From Okamejei kenojei (taxonomy: Eukaryota): DNA of 64,000 nucleotides. Made by a program: the position numbers and the translations under genes. The notes below the pieces were generated by a model. It was given only the letters and a program-made list of their open reading frames with translations, did no database searches and was not told the origin of the DNA. Of this stretch, positions 50,621 through 62,459 are shown one piece after another. How positions within the stretch are numbered: position 1 is the stretch's first letter; each line of letters opens with the position of its first letter. The stretch covers positions 56,048,001-56,112,000 of the forward strand of contig CM069133.1 in assembly GCA_035221665.1 (NCBI GenBank), read 5' to 3'.

Positions 50621-52468
50621 ATGTAAGAAGAGAATTTTCCTTGCATCACGTGAATCACAGATTGAATTTTATTGAGGTTGGCGCTCAAGTAGGTAATTGT
50701 TAACCCATTGTACTCCTCCAAATGCTGAAAATAGTCTTTGCCCCTGTTATACTATAGTATGAAGCTCTTTACTTTACTTTACTTTACTTACTTTACATTG
50801 TACTGCACTAACCTTATATTTGACGTCTTAGAAATGACATCAATATGGTTAAAGGACGCAGAGGACATTTACCAGGATATATGGAGGCATTATAGAAATT
50901 GAGTTTGTTCTCTTTCCAGCAGAGAAAATTAAGAGTGGTTTTAATTATAGTTTTAACAGAGTGCTGAGAGAGGGTCAGCTAAAGATAATTGTCAATTGAA
51001 GCAGTGCGTAGAACGTTTCAATTATGTAAAATGCAAGGGCTGAAATGTGAAATGTGAAATTGATAAATGAATCAGACATGGGCTTGAACAATACACATTT
51101 GTGCGGAAAAGTAGGTGACTGAGATGAACTATGTAGCTCTTTTAAAAGAGACACAACACGGCAAATGATAGTTCTGTGAGATTCAACAATTTAACGACTT
51201 TTGTGTTCACAACAGCTGAGTGCATGTTGTCCACTATAAACTGAGGCAGGGTTGTCCACTATAAACTGTGGTCTATATTAGTCATATGCATTGATTTTGA
51301 ATACTCAAACATTGCAGTTTCTTCTTCTAATGTGGTCTCAAACACTTCACATGTGAATATTCATTCAATAAACACATTTCACTATGCAATAACTAAGGAG
51401 TTGAAATGTCACTAACTAGTTTCCACACTGCATTTTGCCTTAGAATCTTACAAAAAACCTAATCCGTATGTGCGGTTTGTTCAGATCCCTAATGATGATG
51501 TTTATTTCTTAAAGTATTAATTTTTTTTAAATACCTGTATTCAGACTTAACCATAAATTGCTAATGACTGCACATGCCAATGTTGATTGTCACAATAATA
51601 AAACAAAATGGCTTTGCAGGATTTTTAATTTCTAATTTGCAATTTTGAGGCTAAATTGACCAACAATTTCTGGAATCTGCAGCCCTTACACTAGCATGGA
51701 AGATCATAACCTGTTCGCCGAAGGAGGGTTTAAAGTCATGGTAGGAAATCATAGAATAGTACAGCATGGAAGCAGGCCTTTTGACCCAATTCATCCTTGT
51801 CTACCAAGTCCATCTGAGCCATTTGCCTGTGTTTGACCCATATCCCTTGAAAATGTTCCTATCTATGATCCTGTTCAATGTGGAGCCCAACAATTAGGTT
51901 ATTAAAATGTTGATGAGATTGTGGGGTATGTCTGGTAACATCTATAATTGCAGCTTTACATAAAGCTTGTTGAATTTAGACGCAATATTAATTCAACAAT
52001 TTCGGGTAACTTACCTTTTCTGCTTTATTGGATTTGGCTAGAGCTGCTGCAAGGCTATCCATCTTTTATCTATATTACTAAAAGTCTGATCTTGACCACT
52101 TCTTGTTGTTCTGCATATTGATTTCAGAAAAAACTCTGTCACTTACGGCTGTGATATTTGGCCATCTTACTCAGAGTCCCCCTCCGCTGTGCAGGACGAG
52201 GATTTCTCCCATCGATGAAAAATAAAAGAGTTATTAGTGTTTAAAAAATGTTGAGATTCTCTCTCCAGAAGGCCACGCCCCTTCCGGAGGGACTATAAAA
52301 CCAGGAAATGTCGAGTGCCTCAGTCAGTCTCTGCAAGATGGGGGAGCAAGAGGGTCATGTCTCTCAGTCTGAGCTGTGAATAACACTGAACACATGTCTA
52401 CTAAACTATGAGTGGTTTTACTGACCTGTCAGTGCCCTTAATGTGGTTTGAAAATATAGTTTGGAAAA

Positions 52469-52672
52469 GCTAAAGCTGTGTTGCCTTTGGTTTGGAAATG
52501 CTAAAGCTGTGTTGCCTTTGGTTTGGAAATGCTAAAGCTGTGTTGCCTTTGGTTTGGAAATGCTAAAGCTGTGTTGCCTTTGGTTTGGAAATGCTAAAGC
52601 CGCGTTGCCTTTGGATTGGAAATGCTAGAGCTGTGTTGCATTTGGTTTGGAAATGCTAAAGCTGTGTTGCCT
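52469..52672. repeat. 31-bp minisatellite, about 6.5 copies
   Basis: GCTAAAGCTGTGTTGCCTTTGGTTTGGAAAT starting at 52469, 52500, 52531, 52562, 52593, 52624, 52655; followed by about 20-bp TTGCCTAATTAAAG units. Confidence 0.95.
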
Positions 52673-52979
52673 AAAGTTCCCTTGCCTAATTAAAGTTGCA
52701 TTGCCTATTTAAAATTGCCTTGCCTAATTAAGGTTGCCTTGCCTTCTATATAATTAAAAGTCTAATCTTGACCACTTCCTGTTTGCGCTTTATATTGATT
52801 TTAGAAAAAACACTACCACGTACCGCTGTGATTTTTGGCCAGCTTACTCCCCCCCACCCCCACACCCCCCCCCCCCCCCCCCCACTCATCAGGACCCGAG
52901 GATTTTTCCCATCGATGAAAAATAAAAGTTATTAGTGTTTAAACATTTTTGAGATTCTCTCTCCTGTCAATCATGCCAT

Positions 52980-54091
52980 AGAAACATAGAAAAATAGGTG
53001 CAAGAGTAGGCCATTCGGCCCTTCGAGCCTGCACCGCCATTCAATATGATCATGGCTGATCATCCAACTCAGTATCCCTTACCTGCCTCCACTCCTTCTT
53101 AAATATAGCCAATGAATTCGCCTCAACAACCTTCTGTGGCAGAGAATGCCAGAGATTCACCAATCTCTGTGTGAAAAATGTCTTTCTCATCTCGGTCCTA
53201 AAAGATTTCCCCCTTACCTTTAAACTGTGACCCCTTGTCCTGGACTTCCCCAACATCAGGAACAATCTTCCTGCATCTAGCCTGTCCAACCCCTTAAGAA
53301 TTTTGTAAGTTTCTATAAGATCCCCCCTCAATCTTCTAAATTCTAGAGAGTACAAGCTGTGTCTATTCAGTCTTTCTTCATATGAAAGTCCTGCCATCCC
53401 AGGAATCAGTCTGGTGAACCTTCTCTGTACTACCCCTATGGCAAGAATGTCTTTCCTCAGATTTGGAGACCAAAACTGTACGCAATACTCCAGGTGTGAT
53501 CTCTGCAGTAGAACCTCCCTGCTCCTATACTCAAATCCTTTTGCTATGAATGCTAACATACCATTCGCTTTCTTCACTGCCTGCTGCACCTGCATGCCTA
53601 CTTTCAATGACTGGTGTACCATGACACCCAGGTCTTGTTGCATTTCCCCTTTCCCTAATTGGCCACTATTCAAATAATAGTCTACTTCCTGTTTTTGCCA
53701 CCAAAGTGGAAAACCTCACATTTATCCACATTATACTGAATCTGTCATGCATTTGCCCACTCACCCAGCCTATCCAAGTCACCTTGCAACCTCCTAGCAT
53801 CCTCCTCACAGCTAACACTGCCCCCAAGCTGCGTGTCATCCGCAAACCTGGAGATGTTGCATTCAATTCCCTCGTCAAAATCATTAATATATATTGTACA
53901 TAGCTGGGATCCCAGCACTGAGCCTTGCGGCACTCCACTAGTCACTGCCTGCCATCCTGAAAAGGACCCGTTTACTCCTATTCTTTGCTTCCTGTCTGCC
54001 AGCCAGTTCTCTATCCACATCAATACTGAACCGCAAATACTGTGTGCTTTAAGTTTGTATACTAATCTCTTGTGTGGGACCTTGTGGAAAG
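52980..54091 (-). mobile_element. CR1 (host copy), 3' half
   Basis: FHKVPHKRLVYKL...SGVPQGSVLG...FADDTQL; tail atagaaacatagaaa on the plus strand. Confidence 0.95.
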
Positions 54092-54443
54092 AGGCCCAGG
54101 AGCAGTTGCAGTGGGAGGAGCGACGTCCGACCTGTAAGTTTAAAAACTCGCTCGCGGGGCTTGTTTTCACAGAGGCCCAGGAGCGGTTGCAGTGGGAGGA
54201 GCAACGTCCGACCTGTAAGTTTAAAAACTCGTTCGCAGGGCTTGTTTTCACAGAGGCCCAGGAGCGGTTGCAGTGGGAGGAGCAACGTCCGACCTGTAAG
54301 TTTAAAAATTCGTTCGCGGGGCTTGTTTTCACAGAGGCCCAGGAGCGGTTGCAGTGGGAGGAGCGACGTCCGACCTGTAAGTTTAAAAACTCATTCGCGG
54401 GGCTTGTTTTCACAGAGGCCCAGGAGCGGCTGCAGTGGGAGGA
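54090..54443 (+). repeat. 81-bp tandem monomers in the CR1 5' UTR, about 4.4 copies
   Basis: Units start at 54090, 54171, 54252, 54333, 54414; few substitutions; CpG-rich. Confidence 0.95.
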
Positions 54444-54506
54444 ACCTAAATCCGTAACGTTCCATTCACAGCTCGCAGTTCAAAACAAGTGGGCTTGAGA
54501 AAGCTG

Positions 54507-54546
54507 CTGATTGGTGGAAGACGACTCGAGGGAGCAGCTCATTGGC
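54507..54546 (+). promoter_or_regulatory. paired inverted CCAAT boxes in the CR1 5' UTR (putative)
   Basis: ATTGG at 54510 and 54541, 31 bp apart, between the monomers and ORF1. Confidence 0.35.
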
Positions 54547-54647
54547 AGTCAGATCCCTGCAGATTTCTTCCAGGTATAATCCTTGCTTTATACTGTATTG
54601 TATTGTACATTGTATTGTATTGTATTGTAGCCAGGGTAAGGGGGAGG

Positions 54648-55582
54648 ATGAGTGCCAGGGCAGCTTACTATTCTGGATGTCAGATGTGGGAGATCATGCA
54701 GTCAGATAGCTCTCCAGACGTCCACATCTGCGCCAGGTGCGTCAAGATGGTGCTCCAAATGGACCGTATTTGGTACCTGGAGCAGCAGCTCAATGACCTC
54801 CGTCTGGTCAGGGAGAGTGAGGAAGCCATAGAGAGGAGCTACTGACAGGTGGTCACTCCAAAACCACAGGAGGCAGAAAAGTGGGTCACGGTTAGGAGAG
54901 GCAAGGGGTAGAGGCAGGGACTAGAGAGTACCCCGGTGGCTGTACACCTAGGCAATAAGTACTCCTGTTTGAGTATTGTTGGGGGGCACAGCCTACCTGG
55001 GGGTAGCAACAGCGACCTGGCCTCCGGTACAAAGACCGGCCCTGTTGCTCAGAAGGGTAAGGAAACGAAGAGGAGGGCAGCAGTAATAGGGGACTCTATA
55101 GTTAGGGGGTCAGATAGGCGATTCTGTGGACGCAGTCAAGAGACCCGGATGGTAGTTTGCCTCCCTGGTGCCAGGGTCCGGGATGTGACTGAACGTGTCC
55201 AAGATATCTTGAAATGGGAGGGAGAGGAGCCAGAGGTCGTGGTACATATAGGTACCAATGACATAGGTAGAAAAAGAGAGGAGGTCCTGAAAGGAGAATT
55301 TAGGGACTTAGGAAGAGTGTTAAGGAGAAGGACCGCAAAGGTAACAATCTCAGGATTACTGCCTGTGCCACGCGACAGTGAGAGTAGGAATGGAGCAGGT
55401 GGAGGATAAATGCCTGGCTAAAGGACTGGTGCAGAGCGCAGAGATTCAAGTTTCTGGATCATTGGGACCTCTTTTGGGGAAGGTGTGACCTGTACAAAAA
55501 GGACGGGTTGCACTTGAACCCGAGGGGAACCAATATCCTGGCGGGGAGATTTGCAAAGGCTACTGGGGAGACTTTAAACTAG
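54648..55582 (+). pseudogene. CR1 ORF1 (zinc finger/coiled coil plus SGNH esterase-like domain)
   Basis: MSARA..GCQMWE..HICARC, heptad leucines, IGDSIVRG, CLPGA, HIGTND, DGLHLN. Stops at 54843 and 54909; frameshift near 55398. Confidence 0.9.
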
Positions 55583-55884
55583 ATTGGTTGGGGGGAGGGA
55601 CTCAAATAGAGAAAGCAAGTAGTCCATTTGTGAGGCAGGAGGCAGAGAAGAGAAGCATTCAGGCACAATACGTAGGGGGGGAAAGAAGAAAAAAATAACA
55701 AATGGAGAATAAGAAGTGGAGGGTTTCTTAAATGCATGAGCAGAGAGACAGAGGGGGTAAAATGAGGATAGGAGCAATAGGTAGCAAGGTGAAAAGTGGC
55801 AGGCAGACAAATCCAGGGCAAAAATCTAAAAGGGCCACTTTTCAACATAATTGTAAAAGGGGCAAGAGCGTTGTAAAAACAAGC

Positions 55885-58644
55885 CTGAAGGCTTTGTGTC
55901 TCAATGCGAGGAGCATTCGTAATAAGGTGGATGAGTTGAATGTGCAGATAGCTATTAATAATTATGATATGGTTGGGATCACGGAGACATGGCTCCAGGA
56001 TGACCAAGGCTGGGAGCTGAACATCCAGGGATATTCAATCTTCAGGAGGGATAGACAGAGAGGAAAAGGAGGTGGGGTAGTGTTGCTGGTTAGGAGATTA
56101 ACGCAATAGAAAGGAATGACATTAGCTTGGAGGATGTGGAATCGATATGGGTGGAGCTGCGAAACACTAAGGGGAAGAAAACGCTAGTGGGTGTTGTGTA
56201 CAGGCCACCTAACAGTAGTAGTGGAGTTGGGGATGGCATCAAACAGGAAATTAGAAATGCGTGCAACGAAGGTAAAACCATTATAATGGGTGACTTCAAT
56301 CTACATATAGATTGGGTGAATCAAATTGGCAGGGGTGCTGAGGAAGAGGATTTCTTGGAATGTATGCGGGATAGTTTTTTATACCAACATGTAGAGGAAC
56401 CAACAAGAGAGCAGGCTATTCTAGACTGGGTATTGAGTAATGAGGACGGGTTAGTTAGCAGCCTTGTTGTACGTGGCCCCTTGGGCAAGAGTGACCATAA
56501 TATGGTTGAGTTCTTCATTAGGATGGAGAGTGACATTGTTAATTCAGAAACACGGGTCCTGAATTTAAAGAAAGGTAACTTTGAGGGTATGAGACGTGAA
56601 TTGGCCAAGATGGACTGGCAATTGATTCTTGAAGGGTTGATGGTGGATATGCAATGGAAGGCATTTAAAGACTGCATGGATGAACTGCCTTAAGGTAGCG
56701 CATCCGTGGATAACAAGGGAAATCAGGGATAGTATCAAAGCAAAGGAAGAAGCGTACAAATTAGCCAGAAAAAGCAGCCAACCAGGGGATTGGGAGAAAT
56801 TCAGAGACCAACAGAGGAGGACAAAGGGCTTAATTAGGAAATGGAAAATGGAGTATGAAAGAAAACTGGCAGGAAACATAAAAACTGACTGCAAAAGTTT
56901 TTATCGATATGTGAAGCGCAAAAGATTAGTTAAAACAAATGTAGGTCCCTTGCAGTCAGAAACGGGTGAATTGATCATGGGGAACAAGGACATAGCAGAC
57001 CAATTGAATAACTACTTTGGTTCTGTCTTCACTAAGGAAGACATAAATAATTTGCCGGAAATAGCAGGGGATCGCGGGTCAAATGAGATGGCGCAACTGA
57101 GTGAAATCCAGGTTAGCCGGAAAGTGATGTTAGGTAAATTGAATGGATTAAAGGCCGATAAATCCCCAGGGCCAGATAGGCTGCATCACAGGGTACTTAA
57201 GTAAGTAGCCCCAGAAATAGCATATGTCTTAGTGATAATTTTTCAAAACTCTTTAGACTCTGGAGTAGTTCCTGAGGATTGGAGGGTAGCTAATGTAACC
57301 CCACTTTTTAAAAAGGGAGGGAGAGCGAAAACGGGGAATTACAGACCAGTTAGTCTAACATCGGTAGTGGGGAAACTGCTAGAGTCAGTTAATAAAGATG
57401 GGATAGCAGCGCATTTGGAAAGTGGTGAAATCATTGGACAAAGTCAGCATGGATTTACGAAAGGTAAATCATGTCTGACGAATCTTATTGAATGTTTTGA
57501 GGATGTAGCTAGTAGAGTGGATAAGGGAGAACCAGTGGATGTGTTATATCAGGACTTTCAAAAGGCTTTCGACAAAGTCCCACACAAGAGATTGGTATAC
57601 AAACTTAAAGCACACGGTATTGGTGGTTCAGTATTGATGTGGATAGAGAAATGGCTGGCAGACAGGAAGCAAAGAGTAGGAGTGAACGGGTCCTTTTCAT
57701 GATGGCAGGCAGTGACTAGTGGGGTGCCGCAAGGCTCAGTGCTGGGACCCCAGCTATTTACAATATACATTAATGATTTGGACGAGGGAATTAAATGCAA
57801 CATCTCAACGTTTGCGGATGACACGAAGCTGGGGGGCAGTGTTAAATGTGAGGAGGATGCTAGGAGGCTGCAGGATGACTTGGATAGACTGGGTGAGTGG
57901 GCAAATGCATGGCAGATGCAGTATAATGTGGATAAATGTGAGGTTATCCACTTTGGTGGCAAAAACAGGAGACTATTATTTGTATGGTGACCGATTAGGA
58001 AAAGGGGAGGTGCAAGGAGACCTGGGTGTCATGGTACACCAGTCATTGAAAGTAGGCATGCAGGTGCAGCAGGCAGTGAAGAAAGCAAATGGTATGTTGG
58101 CATTCATAGCAAAAGGTTTTGAGTACAAGAGCAGGGAGGTTCTATTGCAGTTGTACAGGGTCTTGGTGAGGCCACACCTGGAGTATTGCGTACAGTTTTG
58201 GTCTCCTAATCTGAGGAAAGACATTCTTGCCGTAGAGGGAGTACAAAGAAGGTTCACCAGACTGATTCCTGGGATGGCAGGACTTCCATATGAAGAAAGA
58301 CTGGATAGACTCGGCTTGTATTCGCTGGAATTTAGAAGATTGAGGGGGAATGTCATAGAGACTTACAAAGTTCTTAAGGGGTTAGACAGGCTAAATCCAG
58401 GAAGATTGTTCCTGATGTTGGGAAGTCCAGGACAAGGGGTCACAGTTTAAGGATAAGGGGGAAGTCTTTTAGGACTGAGATGAGAAAATCGTTTTTCACA
58501 CAGAGAGTGTTGAATCTGTGGAATTCTCTGCCACAGAAGATAGTTGAGACCAGTTTGTTGGCCATATTTAAGAGGGAGTTGGATGTGGCCCTTGTGGCTG
58601 AAGGGATCAGGGGGTATGGAGAGAAGGCAGGTACAGGATACTGA
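55885..58644 (+). pseudogene. CR1 ORF2 (APE endonuclease plus reverse transcriptase)
   Basis: LNARSIRNK, GITETW, VYRPP, MGDFN, SDHNM, SPGPD, NYRPVSLTS, GVPQGSVLGP, FADDTKL. Several stops and frameshifts, plus a deletion of about 40 bp near 56688. Confidence 0.95.
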
Positions 58645-58742
58645 GTTGGATGATCAGCCATGATCATATTGAATGGCGATGCAGGCTCGAAGGGCCGAAT
58701 GGCCTGCTCCTGCACCTCATTTCTATGTTTCTATGTTTCTAT

Positions 58743-59749
58743 GAGAGCCTTCTGAAAGTCCAGATATAACACATCCACAGGTTCTCCCTTTTCCACTATA
58801 CTAGTTACATCCTCAAAATATTCAATAAAATTCATCAGACATGATTTACCTTTCGTAAATCCATGCTGACTTTGTCCAATGATTTCACCACTTTCCAAAT
58901 GTGCTGCTATCCCATCTTTAATAACTGACTCTAGCAGTTTCCCCACTACCGATGTTAGACTAAATGGTCTGTAATTCCCTGTTTTCTCTCTCCCTCCCTT
59001 TTTATAAAGTGGGGTTACATTAGCTACCCTCCAATCCTCTGGAACTACTACAGAATCTAAAGAGTTTTGAAAAATTATCACTGAGGCATCCACTATTTCT
59101 GGGGCTAATTCCTTAAGTACTCTGGGATGCAGCCTATCTTGCCCTGTGGGTTTATCGGCCTTTAATCCATTCAATTTACATAACACCACTTCCCGGCTAA
59201 CCTGGATTTCACTCAGTTCCTCCTTTTCATTTGACCCACGTTCCCTGCTATTTCCGGCAGATTATTTATGTGTTCCCTAGTGAAGACAGAACCAAAGTAG
59301 TTATTCAATTGGTCTGCCATGTCCTTGTTCCCCATGATCAATTCACCTGTTTCTGACTGCAAGGGACCTACTTTGGTTTTAACTAATCTCTTTCTCTTCA
59401 CATATCGATAAAAGCTTTTGCAGTCAGTTTTTATGTTCCCTGCCAGTTTTCTTTCATAATCCATTTTCCCTTTCCTAATTAAGCCCTTTTTCCACCTCTG
59501 GTGGACTCTGAATTTCTCCCAGTCCTCTGGTAGGCTGCTTCATCTGGCTACTTTGTATGCTTCATCTTTTGTTTTGATACTATCCCTGATTTCCCTTGTT
59601 ATCCACAGATGCACGTCCTTCCCTGATTTATTATTTTGCCTTACTGGGATGAACAAATGTTGTAGTTCATCCATGCAGTCTTTAAATGCCTTCCATTGCC
59701 TATCCACCGTCAACCCTTTAAGAATCAATTGCCAGTCTATCTTGGCCAT
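58743..59749 (-). mobile_element. CR1 (host copy), 5' half, 5'-truncated
   Basis: ...VDVLYLDFQKA joins exactly to FHKVPHKRL at 54090; GCCAT is duplicated at 52975-52979 and 59745-59749. Confidence 0.95.
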
Positions 59750-60469
59750 GAAGTCCACGACCCTTCTGGTGGGAGGGGAGGGGGGGGGGGGGAGTTACTA
59801 TAAAACCCAGAGGTGTGGGCATGGCTCAGTCTCTGCATGATGGAGAAGGGAGAGGTCACGACTCACTGTCTTTATATCAAGGCCACTTATATCTTTATAT
59901 AAGTGGCCTTATATCCTGCATGAAATGGTATGAAAATGCACTTGAATTTGGTGGCCTGGAACCCTGCTTGAAATGAAATTTCAAGGAATAGCCGTGTCAA
60001 CTGCCAGCAAACCAGCCGTGAGTGAGCTACCAGCACAACAGGCTTGAGTGTCTGAGCCGCCAGCCCAAGAATCCATTCAGCCCATAATGTCCATACTAGC
60101 CCTTTAGAAACCAGTCCCTTCAGCCTACAACACCCATAGTAGCACTCCAGAAAGCCCCCCCCCCACTGGCCACCAATATTGGAATTGATGGAGAGGTGGA
60201 ATATTGCGTTGAGGGACTATTGCGCCCTCCCGTGTGATGCTAGACACTTCTTCGAGTATTAGCTATGTTTTCACTCCTCAGATTTATTTCATGTATTTAT
60301 GCTTGCCTGCACCACTGTAGTTTTAGTTCCTTAAGCAACATATGGAAAAGCTACTGGAACTACATCCTTTTGAGTACATTGCGAAGTAACAACCGTGTTG
60401 TGTGTTATTTATCTAAGTGATATCATTTAGTGATGGCATGTGACTCCTGGATACGATGATAATGATTGT

Positions 60470-62385
60470 GGATATTGATAAAGGCAGGATGAGGTAGACA
60501 TGGACTTTAATAAAACTTCTAATAATGTCCTGCACGGTAGACTGGTCCTGAAGTTTACAGCACATGGGGCCTGACACGTGTGAGTAAACTGAATTTTAAA
60601 TTAACTTGGTGATAGAAGGCAGAAAATTGCTGTGGGGAGTTGTTCACTGACTGCAAATCTATAATTAATGGTAATCTGAAGGGATTGGTACAAGGAAATT
60701 TGTTGTTTGTCAAGTATATTAATGATTTGGATGAAAATGCAAGTGGTCTGATGAGTAAATTTGCTGATATCACGAAAATTGGTGGAGTTGTAAATAGTTA
60801 AGAAGATTGTGTAATTTACAAAGGGACATAAATCAGTTGGATAGCTGGGTGGAGCAGTGGCAAATGGAAATTAATCCAGCCAACTGTGAGGCAATGCATT
60901 TGCAGATATTGAAGGTAAACACATAAAGCTGAAGTAACTCAGCGGATCCGGCAGCATCTCAGAAAAGGAATAGGGTCTAGACCCTTCTTCAGACAGAGTC
61001 AGGGGAAAGTGAACTGAGAGATATGAAAAGGTACATAGAACAAATTGATGAAAGATATACAAAAAGACAGATCTAAACCAGCAATGATGATTTAGGAAAG
61101 GTGGGGCCCACAATGGTCCATTGTTGCCTGTGGGAAAGGTGACAACGAGTAATACAAACAGTGAAGCTCAGCAGGATGACAGTGAAACTAGTGCAATGAC
61201 TAGGGAGGGGGAGGGCTGTAGAGAGAGGGGATGGAAGGGTTAGTTTGTTAGAGAAATCAATATTCCTACCGCTGGGTTGTAAGCTGCCCAAGCGAAATAT
61301 AAGGTGCTGTTCCTCCAATTTGCATGTGGCATCACTCTGACTGTGGAAGAGGCCCAGTATAGAAAGGTCAGTATGGGAATGGGAAGGGGAGTTAAAATGT
61401 TTGACAACTGGGAGATTGGCCAAGGAGGACTGAGAGAAGGTATTCAGCGAAACGATCGCCCAGTCTGCGATTGGTTGCGCCGATATATAGGAGTCCACAC
61501 CTGGAACAGCGGAAAAAGTAGATGAGGTTTGAGAAGGTGTAAGTGAACCTGTGCTCTACCTGAAAGGATTGTTAGCGTTCCCGGACAGAGTTGTGAGAGG
61601 AAGTATTGGGACAGGTATTGAATGCTCATAGGACATATTACAGTAAATGGCAGGGACCTTAGGAATGCTGACATTCAGAGAGATATTCACTGAAGATCTT
61701 CATGTCATCTTCATAGTCCACTGTACAATAGTGACATAGGTAGATAGGGTAGTTATAAAGGAATTTGGGATGCTTGCCTTCATAAATTGAGGCACCACTT
61801 TTACTAATTGGGATGCAACATTGCAGCTATACAAAACGGTCATGGGGCCGCACTTGGAGCATTTATGTACATTTCTGGTCATCACACTACAGGACGGATG
61901 TAGTCTCATTTGAAAGAGTGAAGAACAGATCCACCAGGATTTTGTCTGGAATAGCAGGCTTTAGTTACAAGGAGATATTAGATAGGCTGGATCTGGAGGA
62001 GACTGATGGGTGATCTTATTGAGGTCTATAAATTCTGAGAGGCACAGATAAGGTAGATCGTCATTTTTTTTTCCCGGGGAGGGGGGCAGGGGAGTAAGGG
62101 GGGGGGAGTCTAAAACTAAAGACCACAGGTTGAAGTTGAGAGGGGAGGAATGTGAAGGAGATCTGAAGGGGTCGTGTTTCACAATTAGGTTGTTGATTAC
62201 ATGGAGCCAGAGGAGATGGGAGAGGCAAAAACAATCGCAAAGTTGACGAGGCATTTAGATGGGTACGTGGATGTGAAAGAAGTGGAGGTGTTTAGGCTTA
62301 ATGTGGGCAATGAGGTTGGTATAGACAGGCATTGTGGATAAGCTTGTTAGAAGAGGCTATTTCTGTCTTGTGCACCTCTATGACT
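60470..62385 (+). mobile_element. old CR1 ORF2 3' part, interrupted
   Basis: YINDLDE...KFADITKIGG at 60715-60790; resumes at about 61625 and runs to a CR1 tail at about 62385. Confidence 0.75.
60915..61620 (-). mobile_element. Penelope-like element 3' part (GIY-YIG region)
   Basis: LPVVKHFNSPSHSHTDLSILGLFHSQSDATCKLEEQHLIFRLGSLQPSGRNIDFSN; upstream C-SRCGLLYIG motif; terminal repeat at 60915-61000. Confidence 0.85.
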
Positions 62386-62459
62386 GATCTGCTTTTTTCT
62401 ATTTATCCATCCAGTGAGATTCAAATCCTTACCTTCTCTTCTATTGCAGAATCCAATTG

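Larger units (their letters stand above)
54092..58742 (+). mobile_element. full-length CR1 LINE (decayed)
   Basis: 5' UTR, ORF1, ORF2 and (TTTCTATG)n tail; flanked by GAAAG/GAGAG (54087-54091, 58743-58747). Confidence 0.95.
52069..60256 (+). mobile_element. Helitron-like non-autonomous element split by CR1 insertions
   Basis: A|TCTATATTACTAAAAG start; 5' module repeated at 52745; sequence resumes at 59750 in register with the first module (ccacg..ccctt..actataaaacc..cagtctctgca). The 3' end is degenerate (CTAG 60240-60243 or CGAG|T 60253-60257) with no clear hairpin. Confidence 0.6.

Noticed and set aside
52015-52062. Minus-strand ATG...AAG|GTAAGT mini-exon (MDSLAAALAKSNKAEK, 48 bp) with a perfect donor
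   Set aside because: No similarity to the expected 45-bp exon 3 (DEKNQVL...WLQM), no pyrimidine tract, and it abuts a transposon end; likely chance without RNA evidence.
52469-52672. 31-bp repeats as CRISPR repeats
   Set aside because: Head-to-tail with no spacers; a minisatellite in vertebrate DNA.
54090-54443. 81-bp array as a CRISPR array or repeat protein (ORFs 53745-54413, 53833-54498, 54074-54457)
   Set aside because: No unique spacers and no cas genes; frames stay open because 81 is divisible by 3, and the fusion with RT sequence is a nesting artefact.
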